Shown: piece after piece, positions 34,889-45,390 of the stretch
Layout of the letters: each line of letters starts with the position of its first letter
Position numbering within the stretch: the first letter of the stretch is position 1
Position numbers and translations under genes: made by a program
Notes under the pieces: generated by a model
Told to the model about the DNA's origin: nothing
Database searches by the model: none
The model's input: only the letters and a program-made list of their open reading frames with translations
Origin: Macrostomum lignano
Lineage: Eukaryota
Assembly (NCBI GenBank): GCA_002269645.1
Contig: NIVC01003041.1
Coordinates: forward strand, 8,669-72,668
Direction of reading: 5' to 3'
DNA length: 64,000 nucleotides

Positions 34889-35755
34889 ATGGCCGCTAGC
34901 GGCAGTGGTCAGCGGACCTTCGGCAAGGCTAACGGCGCCTCCAGTGGCAGCAGAAACCTGCGTGTACCGCACCTGAGCGTCCACGCCTCATCCGCGTCAA
35001 GCATGCGGGGCCAGCGCATCAGCAGCGGCAGCGGCGCCAACGCCCTCGTGAGCTTCGCACCGCACGGCTACTCGCCCAGCCCGAGCCAGGCCTCGGAGCT
35101 GCTGGACCTGCAGCGGGGCAACTCCTGGGCCCCCGGAGGTGAGCAGTCGAGGGCTGCCACCGCGCCCGCCGCGGACGGGACCAGCGTGTTTCGCTCCCGA
35201 GTCAGCGTCAACTTCCGGCAAGCACTGGCGGAGGCCAAAGAGCGCACGGCGTCGCGTCGACTGACAGCGCAACAGGTGCGCGAGCAGCGGCGGTCCAACA
35301 ACCAGGCGGAGTCGGTCAGCCGGCTGGACGCGGACACGCTGGTTGAGGAAGAAGACGCCGACATTGAAGCGGATGAAGTGTTCAACGAAGCGGCCGAGGT
35401 GGCGGAACTGGCACCACCACCGGACCCGGGATCCGTTAGCGACCCGCGGCGGCGACGGGCGCTCCAGCGATGGGGCCTCATGCGCGACGTCATTGAGGAG
35501 ATTCACAGGGAGCGGCACGCCAAGAAGACCGAGGGCTGGAGCATGTTTTTCAAGCACGTGCGGGCGATGAGCGAGGCAGAGAAAACCCGACAGGACCTCT
35601 ATGAGCGTTATAACATCTTCGGCGATGGCAAATCCGACTTCATGACCAACCTGCCGGTTATACCGGACGAGCTGTTGCTGGCTGCTGGCATTCCTTTGCC
35701 CTCGAGCCGCTCCAAGCGACAGACTCGGATTGTCAAGCGGCCGCTAAAGCGATGA
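34889..35755 (+). CDS. Uncharacterised 288-aa protein (copy 1)
   Basis: GC-rich single-exon ORF from MAASGSGQ to KRPLKR. Helical C-terminal block RALQRWGLMRDVIEEIHRERHAKKTEGWSMFFKHVRAMSEAEKTRQDLYERY. AATAAA follows at ~35913. Confidence 0.7.
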   Translation: MAASGSGQRTFGKANGASSGSRNLRVPHLSVHASSASSMRGQRISSGSGANALVSFAPHGYSPSPSQASELLDLQRGNSWAPGGEQSRAATAPAADGTSVFRSRVSVNFRQALAEAKERTASRRLTAQQVREQRRSNNQAESVSRLDADTLVEEEDADIEADEVFNEAAEVAELAPPPDPGSVSDPRRRRALQRWGLMRDVIEEIHRERHAKKTEGWSMFFKHVRAMSEAEKTRQDLYERYNIFGDGKSDFMTNLPVIPDELLLAAGIPLPSSRSKRQTRIVKRPLKR

Positions 35756-36476
35756 CGCGGTGATCAAGCGATCGAGTTGTTTTTCGACGCGAGTTCTTTA
35801 GCGGGAAACTCTAGTGCATTAATTCTTGGACTTGAAATGGATGAAACTATTTTGCTTATTTTGTTCTGTACACGGAATGGAATAGAGTTCCATTTCTTCG
35901 TGATTCGTAAAAATAAATAAATATACATACATAAATCAAATTTCGTTGGAAGAAAACTTTATTCCAAAAGCGATTAAAAGAAAAGCCTTCAGAAAATACA
36001 ATAGAATAACGTACATGCATAAGGCTTGTATAGTTTTTGATAATCTAATGGTTTGATCGATGATTATCCGTCCTAAATCAATTGCTTAATATTAAAAATT
36101 ACTGCACATGCATTTCCGAATTTTTTTATTAAACGAACTTATTTTTTGTTTTATTAATTTTTTTTATACATATTGTTAGCTTTTAAATTATATTTGGCAT
36201 TCTGTAAAAATTATATTTACTAAACCTAGTAAAATGCTTTTTACTAAGTTTTAACTGAATATCATTGTTAAACTTTTACAAGTTCTATGAAAGTATTGCT
36301 TTTTGAAGTGTGCTGAATTAGCAATTTAATTCTGATTCTACGGTCTGAACTGAACTCAGCACTCAGGGGGTAAATTGTCGGTGCTTATTATTTTTAAGGT
36401 TAGGGCCTAGGCATGTGCCATGTCTGAAGTGCTTTTAAAGGGCACTCAGACTAGCTAATATTCTTGTAGGTTAGTA

Positions 36477-36881
36477 GGCAATCTTTTACTTTACTGCGTT
36501 TAATTATTTTTCGCCGAAAAATATCGTGGCTTGCAGAACCACGATGTCGTGAATCATCGACTCCATTTTGCCCACCCTAACGACCCATCGATCCACACAA
36601 ACACCATTGAGGGGTCGTGGGCCCATGTCAAGGCAAAGTTCCGGGCGATGCATGGCACTTCCGAAGCTCTGTTTGAAAGCCATCTCAGCGAGTATCTCTG
36701 GCGCCGGCTCTTTCCTAGAAAGGAGTTTGGCAACTTCCTGTACTGGTTGGCTCATTATTACTGACTAATTGACTTACCTGAGAGTTAAAGACACTTACCT
36801 TTTATCCTCCTACCATCTTTATGTTCTGAAATTTAAAAAGAACCATTAAAAAAATTAAACACAGTAAAGTAAAAGATTGCC
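36477..36881 (+). mobile_element. Internally deleted Merlin (IS1595/ISXO2-like) transposon
   Basis: TIRs ggcaatcttttactttactgcgtttaatt / aattaaacacagtaaagtaaaagattgcc. Internal ORF 36531-36764 (VVNHRLHFAHPNDPSIHTNTIEGSWAHVK...YLWRR) resembles the transposase C-terminus. No TSD preserved. Confidence 0.75.
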
Positions 36882-37441
36882 GCCTAGGGCCTACTCAAAA
36901 TTTAATTTATGCCAATCAGCCCTATTGTCTAGACCTATGTCCTATATCTAAAATTAGTTAGTTTTGATAGGATCATAATTTTCTCTTTTTATTTTATGGT
37001 AGACAAATTATTAAAACTATAAATCTTTTTCTATAGCTGTATAGGCAACTAGATATTTCTATCAATAAAAATGGTAGGGCTTACTATTATATTAAGAACA
37101 GGAAATTTTGGTTAAAAAGTTGGATTTTCATTAAAAAATTATAAATTAAGAAAACAAGACTATAAAAATGGTACTAGGCCTACCATACAATGGAAATTTT
37201 TATAGAATACAAGCTGTTGAAACCCGCGGATTTTGAACCCGGGGAATTCCAATCCCCGGAACTACTTTTGCATGTATTCTGAAATCTAAGGCCATTCACA
37301 AACAAATTAATGTTAGTAGGATAGAGCTGTAGACATAAAATGGAGCACATTCGTGTAAAATTAGGGTTTGAGGCAAACGTTGATATTGTTTGCTGGGGTA
37401 CTCCACAGAATGCCAGGCAATGTCTGTCTCTGACTCTAAAA

Positions 37442-38146
37442 CATGTATTGGCAAACTCTGGCCTCTCCCTGACTTTCCCTATGTCCCTTGGATCCTTTAA
37501 AATTTCTATCGTCTCTTCTGTTTCCTTTCTTCTCTCTCATCCCTCGTCTCTCGTCTCTCGTCTCTCTTCTCTTCTCGCGTATTTTCCCTCATCTCTCTTC
37601 TCTTTCATCTCTCTTATCTCATCTCTTCCCTATTCTTTTCTCTCTCCTCTCTTCTCTCTTTCTACTTTTCGTTTTCTCTCTGCTCTCCTTTCTCCTCTCT
37701 ACTCTTTCGTTTTCTCTCTCCTCTCCTCTCTCCTCTCCCATCTTCTTTCGTATATTCCCTCTCATCTTTCTTCTCTTTCATATCTCTTATCTCATCTCTT
37801 CCCTCTTCTTTTCTCTCTCCTCTCCCCTCTCCTCTCTCCCCCTCTTCTCTCGTCTCTTCCTTGTCCTCTCTATTCTTTTCTCTCTTCTCTTAACTCTCTC
37901 CTCTACTCTCTCATCTCTCCTCTCTATTCTTTCCTCTCTCTCTCCTCTCTCCCCTCTTCTCTCGTCTCTTCCCTCACATCTTTCCTCTCTCTCTTTCCTC
38001 TCATCTCTTTTCTTGTTTTATCTCTTCTCTCTCCCCTCGTCGCTCGTCTCTTCCTTCACCTCTCTTCTCTCTCGTCCGCTCTTTTATCTCTCCTTTCTCT
38101 TCTTTTATCTTTTCTCTCTTATCTCTTCTCGTTACTCTCTGCTCTG

Positions 38147-38208
<62 letters not shown>

Positions 38209-39042
38209 CCCCATCTCTCTCTCTCTCCTCCCCCATCTCTCTTCTCTCTACTCTCTCCCCTCTTCATTCTCCTATTTCCTCTTCTCTCTCCCTGTCTCTC
38301 CTCTCTCCTCTAGTCTCTGTAATCTCTTCTCTCTTATCTCTCCTCTGTTCTCTCTACTCTCCCATCTCTCGTCTGTTCATCTGCTCTCTCATCTGTCATC
38401 TTTACTCTCTTATACGTTCTCTCACTTATCTCCTCTGTACTCTTCTCTTTCACCTCTTCTGACTCCTCTCTTTCCTTACTCCTTTCTTCTTTTCTCTTCC
38501 CTCTTCTCTATACTCTCTCTCCTCTATTATCTTCTCTCGTCTCTCTGCACTCTCCTTTCACCTTTTTCTCTCATCTCTTCTTTGATCTGTCTCATCTCTA
38601 CAATCTCATCTCTTTCCTCTCTCCTCCTCTTCCCTTTACTCTCTCATCTCTCCTTTCTCCCCTCTTCTTTCACCACTCTCTTATCTCTATCTCTTCTCTT
38701 CTCACTCCTCTCTCCCCTCTTATCTCCTCTCTTCTCTATCCTTTCTACTCTCTCCTCTCTAATCTCTTCTCTCCTCTTGACCCTCTGTCATCTTCTTTCT
38801 GCTCTCTCATCTCTACTCTCTTCTCAATCTTCTCTACTCTCCTCTCTCATCGATCCTCTGTCTCATCTCTCCCCTCTTCTCACCTTTACTCTTTCCTCTC
38901 CTTCCTTTCTCCCCTCCTCTCGCTTCTTCCTCCCTTCTTCTCTGCTCTCTCCTCGCCACTTTTCCTTTTCACTCTCATCTGGCCCGCAGCCATGAGCTGG
39001 ATTCTTTATCTGGCCTTTGAGATAAAAATCTGCCAATCCCTG
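37442..39042. mobile_element. hAT-like MITE with ~1.5-kb CT-rich core
   Basis: Ends catgtattggcaaactctggcc...cccttggatcctt and cagccatgagct...atctggcctttgagataaaaatctgccaatccctg align with the reverse complement of 3560-4284. Polypyrimidine core at 37490-38980. Confidence 0.65.
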
Positions 39043-39679
39043 CTTCGAAAGTACTATCATGGTTGTTATCATTTCTTATGCTTTAATCACGTCATTTTTC
39101 TGGCCAATTAGCAGCCCTGAGAGGAATTTGTGTATCTCCATTCTCCAGCTCCACCACCACAGTCTGCAGCAGTCTAACAACCAAGGAAATACGCATTTCT
39201 TAGGAGGCCATTTAAATTTTAAAGTTACCTTATGCGAATCTTAATGTTAAAATTTTCATGGTGTAACTAATTTAGTAGGATTGCATTGTAATCAGTTATT
39301 CATTAATTTTTCGCTATTTTTATAAACCATCCCACATCGCCTTGATTTGCCATCCTTGTTTAACTGCTGCGACTTGTCTATACAGAGGAAAGTAGTTTGA
39401 ATCTCTCGCTAAACTCTCTCCTCTCCACGCCTCTCCACTCGCGGGGGTACAGAGACGGCAATTAAAAAGTTATTCCAAAATACTGTACATTCGCTATGTA
39501 CATTGAGCCCTATTGCCTGACCCTTCGTCTGGGCTGGGGAATGAGTGAGTGAGTGGCACAAACAACAGAAAAAGCAGACAAACTTCACATGCTTACAGTT
39601 TCTGTTCTGATTGAGTTAGAGAGTTGAAACTTTACATTTAGACAGAGAATGAATCAAAGAAGAATTGTGTTAAGTTAGA

Positions 39680-40172
39680 AGTCAATCGCTTCACGTGGAG
39701 CAAACTTATGGCAGCCGAAAGTTAGTCATTTTAAAACCTATTTACACCCTTTGCCCAGATCGGGAAAGAGGCAGGCGGGCGGAAGTTGGGATGGCTGTCT
39801 CACTGAAAAAAACAGCCAAACTTTAAAAGTGCACAGCGCCGTTCAGGATTAACTTTTAGACTCGAAATTTTACACGATTGTGTCAAAATAGTTGAAAATT
39901 GATTGTGTCAAATTTGAAGAGGATCGGTAGAAGTGGAGCGGCGCTAAGGAGGCTTTAGTAAAAAAATCGCGCATTTTGAGCAGTTTTTTGCACTTTTAGG
40001 TGGGAAGACTCAAATTTAGGAAATTAAAAAGTAGCCTAAGACATTCTCCGTAGTGAGTTTAGGGTGGGTGTAAAATTTGGTGTCATTTGGTTGAGCGGTT
40101 TAGGAGTCCATAGCGATCAAAATTGTCCACACACAGACAGACAGACAGAGTTTTGATTTTTATAGGTAGAGA
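39680..40172 (-). mobile_element. Non-autonomous Helitron of a second family, minus strand (3' end uncertain)
   Basis: Minus-strand start A|TCTCTACCTATAAAAATC followed by (CTGT)n, typical of invertebrate non-autonomous Helitrons. Duplicate copy ends at 53754. Confidence 0.55.
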
Positions 40173-40797
40173 TAATTTTTTATTTCCTATATACTAAAAA
40201 TGAGTTGTCTGTATTGCTTGCTTGCTTGTAATCGATTAGAGAAAAAATGGCTGGACCGATTTTGTTTGAACTTGCACTGTTCGATCAGAAATTTTCCCGT
40301 GACTGTACATGCATCGTGGCTAAGAAATTGCTCGATGCTAAAGGCATTAAATATTCGAAAAACATGCTTTTTTGCAAAGGTCAAGTTTTCGACTTGAAAT
40401 GCATTGTAAGAATGCTAGAGAAAAAATTGACTGGTTGATTCTGATTCTGAAATAGATTGCATCATAACTGAATTGTAACTCCGACTTGAATTGAAAATGC
40501 AGTGTGGAAGCGTAGCACCAGACTTGATTTAAATTGCGTAACCATATTGTTAACTGATACTGACTGACTGAGAAACTGATTATGTCATAACTGCTTCGTG
40601 TGATTTGCTCGATGCTTGGATTTTAAAGTGTTGAATTATATAAGTGCAAAATTTCATGTTATCAAAACGATGAGAGCTAGCCTAGAGGTGAACAGACTGA
40701 ACTGCTAAATGCAGCGACGATGGTTCGAATTTTCATAGAGTATAATTTTTTTAATTAAAGCTTTTCAACGTCAGGAAAACTAAAAGACTTTTTAAAA

Positions 40798-42780
40798 AGA
40801 AGCGTCATGTAAAAATCATAAAAGCGTCATGTAAAAAATCATAGAAGCGTCATGTAAACAATCATAGAAGCGTCATGTAAAAAATCGTAAAAGCGTCATA
40901 TAAAAATCATAGAAGCGTCATTTAAAAACTCATAGAAGCGTCATGTAAAAAATCGTAGAAGCGTCATATAAAAATCATAGAAGCGTCATTTAAAAATCAT
41001 AGAAGCGTCATGTAAAAAATCATAGAAGCGTCATGTAAAAATCATAGAAGCGTCATTTAAAAAATCATAGAAGCGTCATGTAAAAATCATAGAAGCGTCA
41101 TTTAAAAATCATAGAAGCGTCATGTAAACAATCATAGAAGCGTCATTTAAAAATCATAGAAGCGTCATTAAAAATCATAGAAGCGTAATTTAAAAATCAT
41201 AGAAGCGTCATGTAAACAATCATAGAAGCGTCATATAAAAATCATAGAAGCGTCATGTAAACAATCATAGAAGCGTCATGTAAAAAATCATAGAAGCGTC
41301 ATGTAAACAATCATAGAAGCGTCATTTAAAAATCATAGAAGCGTCATGTAAAAAATCGTAGAAGCGTCATATAAAAATCATAGAAGCATCATTTAAAAAA
41401 TCATAGAAGCGTCATGTAAAAATCGTAGAAGCGTCATATAAAAATCATAGAAGCGTCATTTAAAAAATCATAGAAGCGTCATGTAAAAAATTATAGAAGC
41501 GTCATGTGAACAATCATAAAGTGTCATGTAAACAATCATAGAAGCGTCATGTAAACAATCATAGAAGCGTCATGTAAACAATCATAGAAGCGTCATTTAA
41601 AAGATCATAGAAGCGTCATGTAAACAATCATAGAAGCGTCATTTAAAAAATCATAGAAGCGTCATGTAAACAATCATAGAAGCGTAATTTAAAAAATCAT
41701 AGAAGCGTCATGTAAACAATCATAGAAGCGTCATTTAAAAATCATAGAAGCGTAATTTAAAAAATCATAGAAGCGTCATGTAAACAATCATAGAAGCGTC
41801 ATATAAAAATCATAGAAGCGTCATGTAAACAATCATAGAAGCGTCATGTAAACAATCATAGAAGCGTCATGTAAAAAATCGTAGAAGCGTCATATAAAAA
41901 TCATAGAAGCGTCATGTAAAAAATCATAGAAGCGTCATGTAAACAATCATAGAAGCGTCATGTAAACAATCATAGAAGCGTCATGTAAACAATCATAGAA
42001 GCGTCATGTAAAAAATCATAGAAGCGTCATGTAAACAATCATAGAAGCGTCATTTAAAAAATCATAGAAGCGTCATGTAAACAATCATAGAAGCGTCATG
42101 TAAAAAATCATAGAAGCGTCATTTAAAAATCATAGAAGCGTAATTTAAAAAATCATAGAAGCGTCATGTAAACAATCATAGAAGCGTCATATAAAAATCA
42201 TAGAAGCGTCATGTAAACAATCATAGAAGCGTCATGTAAAAAATCATAGAAGCGTCATGTAAACAATCATAGAAGCGTCATGTAAACAATCATAGAAGCG
42301 TCATGTAAAAAATCGTAGAAGCGTCATATAAAAATCATAGAAGCATCATTTAAAAAATCATAGAAGCGTCATGTAAAAAATCGTAGAAGCGTCATATAAA
42401 AATCATAGAAGTGTCATTTAAAAAATCATAGAAGCGTCATGTAAAAAATCATAGAAGCGTCATGTGAACAATCATAAAAGCGTCATGTAAACAATCATAG
42501 AAGCGTCATGTAAACAATCATAGAAGCGTCATGTAAACAATCATAGAAGCGTCATTTAAAAGATCATAGAAGCGTCATGTAAACAATCATAGAAGCGTCA
42601 TTTAAAAAATCATAGAAGCGTCATGTAAACAATCATAGAAGCGTAATTTAAAAAATCATAGAAGCGTCATGTAAACAATCATAGAAGCGTCATGTAAACA
42701 ATCATAGAAGTGTCATTTAAAAAATCATAGAAGCGTCATTTAAAAATCATAGAAGCCTCATTTATAAACTAATGAAAGTG
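40798..42780. repeat. 22-23-bp minisatellite (aatcatagaagcgtcatgtaaa[c/a])n, ~2 kb
   Basis: Inside Helitron A. Duplicate at ~54380-56350. Confidence 0.95.
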
Positions 42781-43704
42781 TCATTTAAAAAATTAAGAAG
42801 CATCATGGTAGAATAAAAGAAGCATCATGTCAGACATGAAGGGTGTCATGTAAAAGTTAAATGCAGCTATAATGCTGTGCTGGGGAGAAAAACTGAGACG
42901 TAAAGGCTCTCAGAGAATATGAGACGTAAAGGCTCTCAGAGAATAACTGAGATTACGGGGGGGGGGGGTTTCTGAGATGTCAAAGCAAAAGTCAGAAGCT
43001 ACTTCAAAGTTCATGTACTTTACTCAATTTTTGTATTGCATTCTTTGTTGGCTCGCCATGGGGGGGGGCGCTGATAGAAGAAGAGTCATGTAAAAAATAA
43101 AAGTAGCACTATGTATACATAAAAGAAAAGTCATGTCGAAGTTAAAAGATTCATTTGGGAATTGCTACGATGTCAAAGCTTGGTGGAAATCGTTATAGTG
43201 CTGTGATTCTTAAAGAAGGAATCACTAAAATGTCAAGGCTTAGGGGAGAAGAATTGCTGAGATTTCAAGGCTTTAGGTTGGGTTAAAGTTAGGTTAGGTC
43301 AGGTTTGGGTTGAGGGTTATATTTTATCGGGTTTCAAGGTTAACAGGGGATTTTTTAGTTTTCAAGGTTTATGGGGGCCATCGCTGACATGTCAAGGCTT
43401 ACGGGGGGAATAGCTGAGATGTCAAGGCTCACGGGGGTATAAATGAGATTTCAAGGCTAAAGTCAGAAGCTACATGTAGTTTATTGAAAACTTATTGTAA
43501 CTTTTTATTACATTATTTGATGCCTCCCCAGGGGAGGGATCGCTGATAATAAAAAAGCGTAATGTAAAAAATAAAAGAAGCTTCATGTCGAAGTTAAGAG
43601 ATTCATTTGGGAATCCCTACGATGTCGAGGCTTGTAGGGAATCGCTATAATCCTGTAGTAGTGCTATTATGACTCTTAGAGAGAATTACTGAAATTTCAA
43701 TGCT

Positions 43705-43766
43705 TTAGGGTTAGGTTAGGGTTATGGTTAGGGTTAGGGTTAGGGTTAGGCTAGGGTTAGGGTTAG
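43705..43766 (+). repeat. Interstitial telomeric repeat (TTAGGG)n, degenerate
   Basis: About 10 units with variants. Duplicate at 57290-57351. Confidence 0.85.
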
Positions 43767-43988
43767 AAGGTTGACAGATATTTTTAGATTTCCAAGGCTT
43801 ATTGGGGGCATTGCTGAGATGTCAAGGGGGAAGTTGATATGTTAAAGCTTGTGGGGGGGAATTACTGACATGTCAAGGCTTACAAGGTTTGACAGGAGAT
43901 TTTTTAAGATTTCAAGGATACATGTAGCTTATTAAAAAAACGTGTATTGCATTTCTTTGGCTCCCCAACGGGGGGCGTAGATTGCTAG

Positions 43989-45363
43989 TCCTATATACTA
44001 AAAATGAGTTGTCTGTATGTGTGAGTGAGATTAATTTCAGAAAAAAGGGCTCAATTGATTTTTTTCAAACTTTCACCATTTGATCAGAAATTTTTCTGGG
44101 ACAGTACATGCATCTTGGCTAAAAAATTGCTCAATGTTAAAGGGATTAAATATAAAAAAAAACTATGCTTTTTTTGCAAAGGTCAAGCAGAATTTTTTAC
44201 TTGAAATGCATTGTAAAAATGCTAAAGAAAAACCTGATTGACTGTGAGGTAAAGGTGGAGAAGATTTAACAAGATTTGAAATTGGAGGTCGGCCGGTAAT
44301 TCTTCGAAAACCGGTAGCGTTGCGTTTGCACGAATAAAACCGGAAAATCGCACAGACAAATCACAACGAAATTCTTCTCCTTTACTCCAACTGCCAGGTT
44401 CTCAAGTCCGGGGGGAGGGTAGTTGTAATTGTAGCGGAGCGGTCGTAGAGCGGCACGGTCGTTCAGTTGTAGAAACACCGGGGTAGATTTGACACCGTAG
44501 TAATCTTTTGTCGGTTTGCTGAGCTTGTTACTGTCAGTAGGGTAGATGCTGCCACCACTGTAATTTACGTATTACGGAACGTTTAATGGTCTCAGAGCTT
44601 TCTTTAGATGAGACTGATTGGTTGTTTTACACCCCACAGGCAAAGGATTCAAGATAGGCTATGGCTTAAGTCAACGGAAAAAATATTAAATGTTAAATTG
44701 TCGTTATTTATTAAAGCAAATATTATTATTAGTTTTTGCAGGTTAATTTTGGATTAAAGTAAAATTTATTGACGGATGACTTCACTGGTGCTGGTGCGCT
44801 AATAAACTAGCAAGATAGTGGGGAGAGATTTCCAAAAGGCTAGAAAGGAAGGAGTAGAGAGAGACAACTGAGCATGAGTAGTTATATAAGCAAATAGTAA
44901 GGTAACAACCAATGCATGAGGCAAAAATGAACCAACAAGGGGGCCATGCAATGGTTATTGGAAAATTATAACCGAAACATATATAGAATCGCTTAAATTC
45001 CAATCAGTGAAAAGACTGTTAACCAACAATCGGAAAACGAATAGCAACAGTGGGTCCACTCCTAGGGCCCACAAAAGGAGGGGTGAGGTCATATTACAAT
45101 GATTGGCCGCACAGGTTGGTATTCACGAAAAAAAATACTGGCACGCATTCAAAAATAAAAATTATTAAAATATAATTATTAAACGGTGGCAACCCCACTG
45201 CCACAGACTGAATTTCAATTCTGATAAAGATTGCATCACAACAAGTTAAAAACAGTGCCAAAGAAATTCACACATGACCTGATTTAAATTGCATAACTAG
45301 GCCTAACTTGAATTGAGACTAATATTGGCTGACTGAGAAATTGATTATGTCATAACTTATCCA
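43989..45363 (+). mobile_element. Helitron B (3'-truncated), starting directly after the CTAG of Helitron A
   Basis: CTAG|TCCTATATACTAAAAATGAG junction. Interrupted by a solo LTR. Duplicate at 57575-58947. Confidence 0.7.
44245..45205. mobile_element. Probable solo LTR (961 bp)
   Basis: TG...CA termini (tgaggta / tgccaca) and a 5-bp TSD GACTG (44240-44244, 45206-45210). The empty site gactgaatttcaattc is visible in the sister Helitron at ~61992. Duplicate at 57830-58789. Confidence 0.7.
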
Positions 45364-45390
45364 TCCAATATACTAAAAATCAAATCAAAA

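Larger units (their letters stand above)
40185..43988 (+). mobile_element. Non-autonomous Helitron A
   Basis: 5' TCCTATATACTAAAAATGAG. 3' hairpin ccccaacggggg followed by CTAG (43985-43988). Carries a tRNA-like cassette, a minisatellite and TTAGGG repeats. Duplicate at 53767-57574. Confidence 0.75.

Noticed and set aside
37340-38995. 551-aa and 502-aa Ser/Leu-rich ORFs (also 3643-4200 and 50921-52577)
   Set aside because: Artefacts of pyrimidine-only sequence, which cannot form stop codons. The frame differs between the duplicate copies.
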